Assembly: GCA_009103225.1 (NCBI GenBank)
Contig: RHPI01003762.1
Coordinates: 124,001 to 188,000 of the forward strand
Direction of reading: 5' to 3'
DNA: 64,000 nt
Origin: Chlorokybus atmophyticus
Lineage: Eukaryota; Plantae; Mesostigma and Chlorokybus algae
In this document: positions 26,403 through 39,401 of the stretch, piece after piece
Layout: every line of letters starts with the position of its first letter
Position numbering within the stretch: position 1 is the stretch's first letter
Program-made: the position numbers and the translations under genes
Notes under the pieces: model-generated
What the model saw: only the letters and a program-made list of their open reading frames with translations
What the model was told of the DNA's origin: nothing
Databases searched by the model: none

Positions 26403-28980
26403 CCCCCCCCCCCCCCCCCCCCCCGCCCCCAATCAAGGAAGCATGAATCTTTGTAGTGTGCATTAATGCAATTGGAGGTGGGAGGTCTTTCAATGAGAGG
26501 GGGGGGGGGTAACATTACTCCTCAAGTTACCTTAGCCTTACCCGCTGTTTTGCACCATGGTTGACGGGTAATGTTACGGGTAACGTTAAAAATGACCGTC
26601 AAGGTGATGGGTTGTAATTGGTCCGTGTGAAGGCACTGTCGACTGAAGTACCAATGATTGACTGATCAGGACCGCGGTCGGGGCTTTACGACGGCCCGTC
26701 GTCGACGGGGTAAGCCCAACCCTACCTAAGCGTGTAGGTTACACGGTGCATCGCGTGTGTGACACACGCCGCGTGATCCCTTCCAGTCCGAACTTCTCAG
26801 TCACATCTGCCCTGGATACCCTAGGATGGTATACGCTCACGTACCTAGGGCTTAGCCCACGCCGGTAATCCGAATGATGAAAAACTAGCTCGGACAGCGA
26901 AATGTTCGCCAGAAACGCTTTCATGTGGTAAACAAATCATTGTCGGCAAATAAGGCACAACCCTACCAATAGGCTGTGCCATACTTTGACATTTGACCTA
27001 TTTACTTGTATTGTACAATACAAACGAATTGCGAACATAATGCGCTCTTCGTCTTGTACACCATGCAACGCTGGGTGAATTAGGCATACATCATCAATTA
27101 ACTGCTGTCAAGCGCACTTGTACCGACAACCTATGACCTGAACCGTTCAGATGCATCTTGAAAAAGCAGCCGGGAGGCCGCGGGCTGATGGTGCGCAGTA
27201 ATCGGCGCGGAGCCTGGGTGGACGATATATTGATGTTTGCGGAGTCGTAAAGCCTCCTGCACGCCGGCGGGGGTCGCGACTGGCGGGGTTGTCCGGAGAT
27301 CGATTGAGCGAGTAATCTCCGGACAACGCCGGACAGATGCAGGGCGGCACCCCACGCCGACGGGCCTTGCCATCGCAAGTTGCGCCGACCGATCCATGAC
27401 CATAATGAATTGCACGATGTAGCATGATCACATCGATGCTTGTGAGTTCGGCTGCTGTCCATGTTGATGACGCAGTAACTACAACGTGTAAGCAATTAGC
27501 GTTACATGGTAGAGTGGATTAGTTAGAACGAGGGTGAGTAGTGGCGGCATGTCTTTGGGGTATGGGGCCTGCCCCGACCTCGTACCGCCAAAAACGCGGC
27601 CGTTTTACCTACTAACTGTGCTGCAGCTGCACCGAGTCCCTAGCGATTTTGGGTCGCCGTTAGTCAGCAGTTAGCGGTGAGATAGTTTTCAACATCTTTT
27701 AAGCATCTTTGCAATGATTGGTCATTTCACTGCCTTTTTCAGCAACGGCTGTTGTCACCGTTGCGATCCCATTTGATCAATCTCATGTGTGACCAAATGG
27801 TGGCCTAACGATGCGATTTTTCGTTTAATTGAATCTTAACATTAAGGTAATTCAGGTTAGCATTGTTTTGTTTATTGTAACCTCGGCATTACCTACTGAG
27901 TATCGCAGCACGTACCTTGGCGTGAACGTTACATTAAATATTAAATTTTGAAACACTTAACTGCAGGTTGCTAACCAAATTGCACCATATTGCACCATAT
28001 TGCAGCATATGTATTCAAATCGCAACATATGTTCCTCATATTGCAACACATGAGAGATATTGTTTTGCCACCTAAGATAAGTGTGTTATATCTCAAATCA
28101 TATGGGCCATATGCAACAATATGCCGGCATGAACATCGTGCACGTTGTGCTCATTATTGATATTTATTCGCATATATTTTGAGCAGTTGCATGAAGTGGG
28201 GATGTGCTATGGACGGCCGAGATCTATATTTAACAGATCGAACGGCTGATAGTTGATAAACGCCGCTTAGCCAATGAGCGGCATGCGGGCCGCGCAGCCC
28301 GGCAGTCGCGGGTGCCGCATGTGTTGCCCTCGGGATGAGGTTTGCGTGTGCCCTAATGCCGGCCGCCCCGCCCAATCAGCCGCACCGCTTGTTAACTATC
28401 GAACAGACACGATCTGTTCATGCAACGGCCCGTTGACGCATTTAGTTGTGTATTTCATGCGATTACTACCGTAGTCGTATTGGTAGCCAACTATTGAGAT
28501 TACAGATTGGCGCGCAAGTTGTCCAATTTGTAATACCGGTTTTTATCTCTTGTAACACCGGTGTACGCGGCACACTCTCTTAACGCGTGGGTACATGTAC
28601 ACTACCCAATGTTATTGTACTACTTTGCACACGATAAGCGATTTACATTCTTTTGTCACAAACAACAATCCTACCCACAGTTCAACTTTTGCAAGAACAC
28701 TTAAGCCCTGTGATGCAATGCATTGATTGTCATAACTATAAATCACACGATGAACAATTATTATTGCATAATTCATTCTACCTCACCCTTCCAAGTTATA
28801 TTAGTAGGAAAGAGTTGATGTAAAGCCTGGTGTACTTTATTGCTAGAGTTGCAAATTAAGATGGTTGTGTTACGATGCCTGTCAATTGTTAATCCCTGTA
28901 CTGATGGACTTTGCACGACGCCTGCAACACACTGCGGATGCTCGCTTCGCAGGCGCGACAATACGTCCTCAATAAGTAAA

Positions 28981-29212
28981 TATTTGTAATCTGCAAGCGG
29001 CGGTAGCGCTGTTGAAAGTGGAGCGCATCGGCCGTAAAGCTGTATCAAATGATACCCGTAGTCAATGTGATCGCGTCTGGCAACAGTTTAAGTAACTATT
29101 TGTAATCTGCAAGCGGCGGTAGCGCTGTTTTTTTTTGAAAGTGGAGCGCATCGGCCGTAAAGCTGTATCAAATGATACCCGTAGTCAATGTGATCGCGTC
29201 TGGCAACAGTTT
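28981..29212. repeat. about 110-bp tandem duplication
   Basis: TATTTGTAATCTGCAAGCGG...GGCAACAGTTT at 28981-29089 and 29097-29212; the copies differ by a T-run expansion. Confidence 0.9.
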
Positions 29213-29666
29213 GCCAATTATCTGCAACAACCTGAGCTCAACATTGCTGTTGCCAACGTCACCCAGCTGTTGTCACAAGCTACCTTGCTGGGCAATAGAC
29301 CGCCACACGTATAGGCAAAGCTCGTAGGTTCGACCGCCATAGCCATCGCATAATCGCCGGCACTACTTGGGACAATAAGATCTCACATCTGACATGCTCG
29401 TTGAGACTGCTAAGATACATCAGCCGTTGGAACAAGGACATGTCAACAGGGAACCTGCTTCTATCCATTGATGTGCGCAAGCTTCGCCAAGGGGACGCCA
29501 AGGGGACGCCAAGGGTATGCCAAGATTGACGCTCGGCAAGGCGTGCAACCTATTTCTGCTATGCCATTGGCAATGGAGGACATGCGCACGTTAATCCACT
29601 TTCAGCAGCAGCTGTCTACCATACCTAAGGCACCGACAGTCACACATGATAAGGCTGTACTCTAGC

Positions 29667-30213
29667 TGTAGGGAAGGTATATTATATAACCACAAATCGA
29701 CCGTAAAAGCAAGTCTTTTATGGTCAAGTGGGCTGTGACATTGGGCATCGGAGCTTGAGACCCGGGTTCAATTCCTGCCTTGCACACGAATTTCACGATC
29801 GTTGTTTCTCATCCCAGTAACACCGTAAATGGTCACTTCATAAGTGCCATCATTGATAGGGCGCGACTTGCCTAATGGCAGTCGCGTCGGACTCACCAGT
29901 GCAATCGGCGCGGCAAGACGCGACCTGCCTGTCGCGATGCGACCTGTGGGGCCGTCAGCGGCGCGCTATGCGCGCGTTGACCGGTATAGGCCTAATTTAG
30001 CCGATCCTTGCCGTTGGGGCCGGTGGCCGACTCTAGCAAACCCCTGGGGTGGTTCCCCAGCTAATGGGAGCCAGCTGCCGAGGACGTCAGCGTTTGTAAG
30101 TTGGGGGGAATGTAACGGGAAGGTACATTATATAACCACAAATCGACCATAAAAGCACCAACTTGGTGCTTTTATGATCATGAAAGACTTTTATGGTCGA
30201 GTGGGCTTTGACA
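29667..30213 (+). mobile_element. TRIM (miniature LTR element) with tRNA-like Pol III promoter, copy 1
   Basis: Short LTRs TG..CA at 29667-29740 and 30111-30213; PBS-like TTGGGCATCGGAGC; PPT GGGGGGAA; 5-bp TSD CTAGC on both sides; A box TGGTCAAGTGG (29721) and B box GGTTCAATTCC (29765). Confidence 0.9.
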
Positions 30214-30321
30214 CTAGCGAAACTACACATTGTGCATATATATGTGGTGCACATGGCAACGGAGTGGTGAAGGTGCACGTTTACAAATGTACGAGATACA
30301 AGCAGCAGCTTTTGGGCTGGC

Positions 30322-33300
30322 TGTAACAGCACCACCGTCGCCGGTGATGCCCCTTCAATCCACTACCCCAACACCCACACCGCCTATGACAAGCCTTTGA
30401 ATGGCGTAGCCGCCACTGAGCAGAGAACTGAAAGTCCCTCACATCAGTTTGATGTGACCTTTTATATCAAGAGTAGATCAAATATATACCTCTAGATAAT
30501 TAACTCGCCACTATACATCGACCCTACAGATAGGGTAGTTAGGAAATTTAGTGTGAGCCAATCACAGCTCAGATAAGGTACCTATCCATAAGGTACCTAT
30601 CGAAAGACACCTATCGCAATGTACCTAACGAGATAGTGACCACATTTTATCAAATGTGACACTAAATAGGCTTGAATAAGCGAATCTACACCTTTTGGGA
30701 CTTCTTAGAGCTATGATAAAGCATTATAGCCTTTAATAAGCGAGGAACCGTAGAAAAAAGGTATAAATAAGCATATTTAGATACTTATTCATACAGAATG
30801 TGTTATTTAGGTAGCAATAATACCCCTATTATTATTGCTCCCGTTACATTCCCCCCCACTTAGCTTTTCAACGTCCTCGTTGAACTCAAGTTGATCAGGC
30901 TTGATTTCGAGTAATTGTAACCACTGAAATAGCAGGAAAGGACAGGGTGGTAATGAAACTGCACTGCCAGTCTGTCATAAAAGCAAGCCCACAGTTTATG
31001 GGACAGGACGTGAATCCCAATAAGCTCGAAGCAACTCGCGGCAGTGCGTAAGATGCCTATCGGGCTCCCAACTGTTATGTTCTGGGCCATACCCTTTTCA
31101 TTTCACTAAATACCGAGTTACGCGTCCTCAACTATTTAGCTTATGGTTCAATATAGCTTCCACCTCGTATTCGAGCTCGCTGTCCACCTCAACTGGCGGT
31201 GGTGGAGGCTGTGTTCTACCGTCTGAGCGGTAAGGTTTCAACAAGTTCACATGGAACACGTTGTGTATTCGCACACTTGGGGGCAATTGCAGTCTATAAG
31301 CGTGCGTACCAACTGTATCAGTGATAGCGAAAGGACCCAACCATCGGGGCAACAACTTGCGAGCACCCGTACCTTTGATGGTTATGTTCTTTGCGTTAAG
31401 CAAAACTTTATCGCCGACATCGAAAGTGGCCATTCTTCGATGTGTATTAGCTTTTTGCCTGTCCTGTGCTTTTGACAGACACAGCTTGGCTCGAGCCAAA
31501 GTTTTTGCACATCAGTGGCAAATTCCTTTGCCGCTGGTACGGTCAGGGCATTGTGAGGTACACGCAATGACGCTGGTGTGTTCAGGCGAATCCCATAATT
31601 CAAGAAAAATGGGGTTTCCTTTACACTTTCCAGCCACGCGTTGTTCACAGCGAAGGTGCCATTGGCAAGTACCTGTCCCAATCAGCATTATTAGGAGCCA
31701 CATAGTGGCGAAGCATTTCTTTCAGTATTTGATTTGCTCGGTCAGTTTGTCCGTCCGTTTGCGAGTGGAAAGCAGTCGACATGCTTTGTTTTACCCCAAC
31801 AATACACTGACTTCTCTCCAAAACTTGGAGACAAACCGAGGATCGCAATCTGTGATAAGTTCACGCGGTACACCGTGAACTCGAAAGGCCGTGGACATAG
31901 ATTAATGTGCCAAGTCCCGTGCACTCGCAGTTGTGCAACACGGGGCAAAATGCACCATTTTGGTTAAACGGTCGACAAAAACCACAATAGCAGTGTATTT
32001 GGCTGCTGTTTCAGGTAGGTCAGTCATTAGATCCATACTGACACTATCCCATATTTGTTCTGGAAATGCCAATGGTTTAAGCAATCCCGCTTGTTTTTGT
32101 TGTAGTGGCTTATTACGTTGACACACGTCACATGTGCGAACATATTGATCCACATCAGCTGACATTGACGGCCACCAGTATAACTGTTGCACAGCTTTAA
32201 GTGCTTTGTTTTCCCCAATGCCCAGCATACGGCGGATCATGCACTGAATGTAAGCATTGCTTACGCAAGTCGCCCGAGTTGGGAATTGCCAACTGCTCCC
32301 CTTTATACCACAGATTGCTAACAGCAGTAAGCTGTTGCAAGTTGGTTTGACTGCTAAACCAATCATCTGAGTTATAACCTGTGGACACTTTCTTTAAGAA
32401 AGGATCTTCAGGCTGTTGTACATTACGTACTTCGAGAGCGCGTAAGTGGCAAAAGAGCAGGGCTACGACTTAGTGGATCCGCCACATTGGTGCGACCCAG
32501 ACGGTATTGCCAAGTGAAAGTGAAACGAGAAATAAATTTATTCCACCTAGCTTGCCGCCTCGACAGATTTTGTTGCGCTTGAAAGAATGTGAGCGGGTTG
32601 TGATCAGTAATCACTGAAACTCCACACCTTCCAAGTAGCAACGCCATGTGCGCAGGGCGTGCAGCACCCCGAGCAATTCCTGCTCAGTGGTTGTGTAATT
32701 ACGTTCAGCAGGAATGAACTTTCTGCTTTCATATGCACATGGTCTGTCATACTGTAGAAGGACTGCCCCACACCCAATGGTGGAAGCATCACTGATTACC
32801 ACAGAAGGCTTGGTGTGGTCGGGGGAGGCTAACACAGGGGCTTGTGTTAATGCATCTTTAATGCGTGTAAAAGCAACCTCGTGTGCCTCCGTCCACACAA
32901 ATTTAACATCTTTTCTCAGTAAAGATGTTAAAGGATTTGCCATGCTAGAATATGCTCGCACGAACTTGCAAAAATAATTGGCTAGCCCCAAGAAAGCACG
33001 TAACTGATGTACATCCTTGGGTGGTGGCCAATCCTTCACCGCACACACCTTTTGAGGATCTGGTTTCAATCCTTCTTTGCCAATCACATGCCATAAAAAG
33101 GGTAGTTCATCCTTGCAAAGTTGCATTTGGACAGGTTAGCATAGAATTTGTGTTCGCGTAACTTAGCTAAAACCAATTCCACATGCATGTGATGGTCCTC
33201 CCGGGTTTTGCTGAACACAATAACGTCTAGGTATACCAGTACAAACTTGTATAATTCATTAGCAAATACCGCGTTCGTTGTTGACTGAAATGTAGCCGGT

Positions 33301-36300
33301 GCATTTGTTAACCCAAATGGTAACAACACTTTATACTCAAAGTGTCCCAGTGGGGTGCGAAATGCAGTGTTTTTTTATATCCGACGGGTGGATTTTAGTT
33401 TGATGATAACCATTGGTCACATCCAGTGTGCTAAACACTGTTGCACCTGACAGCTTATCAAACAAATCATCAATCCGAGGCAAAGGGTATCTGTTTTTCA
33501 TTGTTATCTTATTCAACGCACGGTAATCAATACACATGCGTAGCTTGCCAATCTTTTTAGGCACATACAAAATTGGTGCACAAAAAGGAGATATGCTCTT
33601 TGTTATTAAACCTTTGTCCAATAACTCTTTGAGCTGTTTTTCCTTTTCCACGTGTTCTAAGGGACTTAGCCTATAGATAGGCCGCCAAGGTGGCTTTGCC
33701 CCCTCTTCCAACGGAATGGTATGATGTATGTTTCTATCAGGAGGCAACTCCGGGAGTTCATCCTGAAATACATCTGCGTATTGTTCCGTAAGTGATTGCA
33801 CCACAGGGCCAGATACGGCCTGTTCAATAGGTGTCTCTTCCTGTCGTATGTGCATCAAATATACTTCCGCACGTTTGCGCATGCAACGTTTCATTTGCAT
33901 AGCATAGAGGAGCGGAACATTGTCGCGAGCAACACGTGCGAGTACAAGTGCGATTAACGTCACCTTACGTTTACCCTTACGAAGGGTGCACGTATTTGCT
34001 CGAGAGTCCAATTGCAAACCTGCTTCGGTGTGCCACTGTTCACTCAAAACAACATCCACCCCGGGGATACCTGTATCCACCACAATAAAAGTTGGTCGAG
34101 TCCTGTGGCTGTAAATCAAAAAACGCCCCTTCACCTCCCCAATTGCATTAAGGGTGGAATCAGCAGCACGCACATACAACGTGACTGGTGTGAAAGGTTT
34201 GTTATTACGTTTCACCCAAGCATGTTCAACAAAGTTATGGTTTGCACCAGTATCAATCAATGCTGTACATGGTGTACCCATAAGTTGACTCTCAAATCTC
34301 CATTTGAGTGGCACTGAGTGACCATCAAATGTAGCTAATGTCGGAGTGCCGTGATTGGTAGCAGGCTTGATAAAGATCACTTGCAACGGTGAAGCTCCTG
34401 TATCCTTGCGTGAGAGTTGCATAATTAGTTCTCCCCCTTTCAACAATCGCGACCATGGGCCATAATGTCGAGGGATAATTACTCATGCAGTGACAGCATG
34501 TTGTAATTGCAACTCGTGTAAGTGCTTAACAGCAGCTACTAATTCAGAGAATGGAACATTGATTAAAACACAACCGTTTGCATTTGTAAACACAGGTGGT
34601 GTGCTCATATCAGTCAATACATCTGATACATCACAAAGAGAGGAAACTTTATCAAGAAGTACAGAGTTTTTAAAGTCGTTCTGCTCGACTAAGCTACCAA
34701 CCACGGACAATTTCTATTTCTTGTCCCTCTGCTGCTTGGCCATCTTTGGTGGATTTGGCCGCGTTGCATTTTTGCGTGAGAGCGCTTCATACTGTCCACA
34801 GCAGCAACCATCTGCATCAACATTGGTAAAACCATCGAGGCCCACTCTTGCAAACTCGCGGGGTTGACGGCCACATGCTGCACGAGATCTGTGTCCAAGC
34901 CACGCCTGAACATATCCAGCTGATCAGCATCACTGATGGGTAGTTTGCCAGCATTGATCTTGCTGACAAACGACTGAAAATCCTGGGTATACTGCTAAAC
35001 CGGACGCCCGTTTTGACGCAGGTTGTGCAGCTGGTTGCGAGCAACCTGGGCAGGATCTGCGCCACCATAGCGCTGCTGCATTAAAGAGCACAAATGATTC
35101 ACTTCCCGCCCGAGGTTCGTATCCATTTGCTTACGGCGGTACCACTCTGCCAGAGCTTCGTTTGCGATCAGCAACTCAGCTACACGCAACTTCCCCTCCT
35201 CAGAAATGTGAAGGGAGTTGACATAGTGTTTCAGCTTTACGAGCCAGTCGAAAATTGCCGCTTGTTTGTTGGGAACAAACCCGGCAGGTCGAGCAAGCGC
35301 CTATATAGGTGGACCACTATCAGAGCGTTGAAGGCGCTCGATCATGTTCAGAACACGTTTTTCTTCACCCGTCGATCCCTCCCAATCTTGCCCCATAAAG
35401 GTGGTGAGCTTTAAGATCTTTTCCGCCACATGAAAGAGGAAGTTGATGAGCGAGACAATTGCCTCATCAGGCTCCTCATCATAGGTGCCAAGAAAGTGGT
35501 CCATCAACTCCTGTTTTGTGAAGCGAATGGAGATTTCATGCTGCACAAATGATGGTGGTGGTGGTGGCCCTTCTGGTTCCACCAAGCCATCCACATCTTT
35601 AGCAGCATGAGACTCATCAGGTGCATCATCCGGGTTGGAAATATCCTCCATGGATGGAAATTCCTCCTCATGGGATAATTGCTCTTTTTTGCGAGCTTTC
35701 CCCCTTTGAGGTGGGCACCGAGTTCTCTTCCATTTGTTTGCAAAACAGGCAAAATGGAATGGTGAGAACCTCACCAATGGACCAGGTTCAACGAGAAGAC
35801 CAAAATGACCCCAAGTTAAAAAAGTCCCAAACAGAGTCCAAACCAGTCTTCAAACAGGAAAGGTTGGATCTGGAGTGTCACCAAACAGAACACGTTTGAA
35901 TGGGACCAGAATGTCCTAACCCTGTGTTGTCCTCAACCAAGTCCCAATCTCCAGGCCGAAGCAAGAGGGGAAGGGTTTCAGACTAACAGTGTTTGGGAGC
36001 AGAATGTCCTAGAACTTCCCCAAAACTGTCCTTACCAAGTCCCAATCTCCAGGCCGACGCTAGAGGGGGAGGGTTTGAGAATAGTTTGGTTCGGAACTTG
36101 CGGACCCGGGTCAAGCGACCTGGAAAAGCAGCTGGCAGGTCACAGGTACGTCACAGGCATGCAACAGGCAAGCCGTACAGTGACCAACTGTGACATGCAC
36201 TGGCAAGCACAATGACATGCAATCACCGCATACAATGATAGGCAATCACTGCAAAAAAAGTGCACAAAGAGTGACAAGCAGTGATGGCACACTAGCAAGC

Positions 36301-37166
36301 CGCAATTACCGCATGCAATGACAGGCAATCAATGCAAGCAATAATAGTGCCCTGGCAAGTCACTGTGTGATGTGCATGAACGTACACACGTGCACCTGGC
36401 AAGCACCTGGCAAGCAGCTGGCAAGCAGGCAAGTCACCGACGTGTGTGATGGTACCTCACACGTGGAGAGGCCGCCTCTTTGATGGGTGGCTTCAACGTG
36501 GAGGTAGCGCAGGGAAGCGAACTTGAAGCTTGGGCTGCGTAGATGAATAAGAGGCCGCCGCCGACGCCTTTTGATTGGTCGAAAGCAGGTCGCCGCCCCC
36601 TATAAGTACCCACGTCACCCCCCAACTCTTGGATACCAATGTAACAGCACCACCGTCGCCGGTGATGCCCCTTCAATCCTCTACCCCAACACCCACACCG
36701 CCTATGACAAGCCTTTGAACGGCGTGGCCGCCACTGAGCAAAGAACTAAAAGTCCCTCACATCAATTTGATGTGACCTTTTATATCAAGAGTATATTACA
36801 TATATACCTCTCGATAATTAACTTACAACTAGACATCGACCCTACAGATAGGGTAGTTAGGAAATCTAGCGTGGGCCAATCACAGCTCAGATAAGGTACC
36901 TATCGATAAGGTACCTATCGAAAGACACCTATCGTAAGGTACCTAACGAGATAGTGACCACATTATATCAAATGTGACATTAGATAGGCTTGAATAAGCG
37001 GTTTCACACTCATAGGGACTTATTTGAGCTATGATAAAGCATCATAGCCTTTAATAAGCGAAGAACCGTAGAAAAAAGGTATAAATAAGCATATTTAGGT
37101 ACTTATTTATACAGAATGTGTTATTTAGGTAGCAATAATACCCCTATTATTATTGCTTCCGTTACA
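30322..37166 (-). mobile_element. Ty3/Gypsy chromovirus-type LTR retrotransposon, full length but degenerate
   Basis: 527-bp LTRs (30322-30848, 36640-37166) TG..CA; 5-bp TSD CTGGC; PBS TGGTATCCAAGAG next to the 5-prime LTR; PPT AGTGGGGGGGAA; Gag-PR-RT-RH-IN-chromodomain order. Confidence 0.95.
31050..35777 (-). pseudogene. gag-pol of the chromovirus (protease, RT, RNase H, integrase, chromodomain), frameshifted
   Basis: [12 protein letters not shown] (PR); [31 protein letters not shown] (RT); ISDASTIGCGAVL (RH); WDSVSMDL, VFVDRLTKMVHF (IN); LLPRWLGPF...PPPVEVDSELEYEVEAIL (GPY/F motif + chromodomain). Confidence 0.92.
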
Positions 37167-37599
37167 CTGGCGGCCACTATAACACATCTCAGGGAACCAC
37201 AGCCCCAGAGGTGCACCAATTATACAAGTGCGCAGCAGTGGTCTGCATGTTGAGTTCTCTGAAGTGCTCTATGCCTACTTGACTTATTGTCATGGTAGCC
37301 CCTTCGCCATTATTTTTGGTCTTCTATTCCAGCCTAATGCCAAACACATATTGACTTGGGAAGAATATAGCTTGCCCGACAATTGTGCCTATCATGCTTT
37401 TGTGCATTGTTGCAAGGCATGTGGCATCTATGGATCGCACCTGGGGTTGCACTCCTTTAGGCGTGGTGCAGCTCAGAGCGCCTTCCACTGCGGTGTTACT
37501 CTGGAAGAAATACAAGTTCAAAGCACTTGGAGTTCTAGTAAGTTCTATTATCATGTATCGCTATATACACGAGAGGTACCCTTACCCAATGCACAAAAG

Positions 37600-38111
37600 C
37601 ACAAATGTAGGGATAGCATCCACGATTGATGCTGTTTTCGGGTACTCGCGCACCACGTTCAAACCATTCGGGCCGTGGACCCAATTTTTGAAATTAAATG
37701 AACTGTCAATTGCGGAACACTGGCCACCACACAGCAAAATGCCATTCAGGAACCAACATTACAGCTGGCAGCTGATAATGTAACACCGTGGCTTCATGCA
37801 GGAGAGCCAGTGGCGGATGACACTAAACAAATCCGCCTCTCAAGCATTCAAGAGTGTCACGCCAGTTTATAGTTAATGCATTGCCCAAACTTCCAAGCAT
37901 GTGTATGTAATTGAAATACGCAAGCGCTTTGCTGATCTGGTCAGCTGCAAAACAATCTAGTGTCGGATGTCGAACATGCTGCTTTATATGCACAGTTGCA
38001 TCTGCTGTTGGGGCCCAATCCCCTCTATCAATAAACTTGGATAACTCATCCGCATCTTGAAGCGCATCTCGCGGGCGCCACACAGGTTAGCGCAATATCA
38101 CGCTCCCAACA
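37600..38111 (-). pseudogene. DIRS-like RNase H C-terminus / methyltransferase-like remnant
   Basis: WRPRDALQDADELSKFIDRGDW...HPTLDCFA...FN...NALTINW matches the pattern WxPR..N..AD.LS..D..DW...T.D.FA typical of DIRS pol. Confidence 0.7.
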
Positions 38112-38804
38112 CAACGACGTCGCATTATTACACAATGACGATCCAGGGACTGAGGGACTGACGGGTACCTGACCCTGCCTGACCTAACGGATTGGTCCAT
38201 GAAGGGACTTATAGGACGGCCGGTGCTACTACTCATCAACATATAATAACGGCCAGCGGTCGGCCGATAGCTACACGCGATTAAAACCTGCCTGCGATGA
38301 TTAAAACATGACGTCAACGCATCATTAAGTGACGGCCAATCGCTGGTTGTCTATTTTGCTCGATAGCGACCTATCTAGCATAACAGACTGCCACCTTGCA
38401 GTCATTTTTCGCGACGGTCGACCGCCAGTCGTATCATAATCATCTTACCGTATGCGCGGCGGCTTGCCTACTATGGCAAGCCAGTCACTGTCAATCCTCA
38501 TTCCATGACCTGCCCGCTTGTCAATAAGTGACGGCAAAACACCGGTCGTCCGTTGGTGCGGTGGCGACCTACCGACTATGACAATCAAGTGACCGCCCGT
38601 CATTTATTGACGGCGAGCAATGCGGAACAATGGTACATGCAACTATCGTACCATACAAATGGTACGAAAATCCCATTATTACAATAGCACCATCGCACCA
38701 TTTTCAGGGTACGATGGTGTCATTGTGACAACGTGTTTGAATCATTTGGGTTGCCCAAGGTTTAAATGCTCTATGGCTTCAAGCAAGTTGAACAGTTGAG
38801 TTGT

Positions 38805-39401
38805 TGTCAAACCTATCGCCCAAGCATGCCAGTCATCATCAGGCATGCCTACAGCGAGACCCTCGCCCCGCTTACCAGCATGGCAACCCGCGCGCGTCTC
38901 TGACCAGTAGCTAGGTCATGTCTCGAGAGTAGCTCGTGACCATAGCCTACATAGGCACCGCGCGTAGCTGTTCAGTTGTGAGTTCAGTTATAAGTCAGGT
39001 CCTATATCGAGTGGGAATTTCCTGTGAAAATAGCCTCGATATGACCGTTAGCTTATGTTCTGGACAGTCATGAGTTGACTTGTATAAGTAGGCACAGTGT
39101 TCACCGGATCAGCTGGTGACACTGTAAGTGAGAAAGCTAAGAGCTTGTGAAGCGACTTGAACTACGAAACACACCGTCCTGGTTCCCAAGAATCCCCTCA
39201 TCGTGTGAGAGCCTGTGCATGTTCTTGTGCACTGCGCTTGTCCGTGCTGTGAGCTTTGTGTACTTGGTCACGATGTGCTTGTTGGCATCAGTCAGGGCAT
39301 AGCATCCACGTGTTGCTTGTTCATTCACCTCACTTAACAGTGTAATTTCTCTTCCACTCACGCAAAGAACTGTGTAAACAGCACTACCTATCGTAGTGGC
39401 T
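38805..39401 (+). repeat. R1 repeat, first copy (contains putative promoter)
   Basis: Matches 49024-49620 with roughly a dozen mismatches by eye. Confidence 0.95.
39083..39129 (+). promoter_or_regulatory. putative TATA box and transcription start, with sequence complementary to the primer site
   Basis: TATAAGTA at 39083 followed 32 nt later by GGTGACACTGTAAGT; the same spacing and sequence occur in the diverged element B (reverse strand, about 54532-54578). Confidence 0.6.

Larger units (their letters stand above)
29400..37629 (+). pseudogene. degenerate tyrosine recombinase of a DIRS/PAT-like retrotransposon, interrupted by a TRIM and a Gypsy element
   Basis: C-terminal LGLHSFRRGAAQ...W-S...YY (YR box II) at about 37440-37560; YR-like N-terminal text (RQGVQPISAMPL...HDKAVL) just before the TRIM at 29667; boundaries approximate. 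Confidence 0.65.

Noticed and set aside
25671-26602. 12-bp inverted repeat TTGACGGTCATT / AATGACCGTCAA as MITE ends
   Set aside because: Short, no TSD found, and the interior is microsatellite; insufficient support.
29705-29790. tRNA gene (A and B boxes, T-arm); same at 52570-52650
   Set aside because: No credible anticodon arm or full acceptor stem; the sequence is part of a TSD-flanked TRIM.
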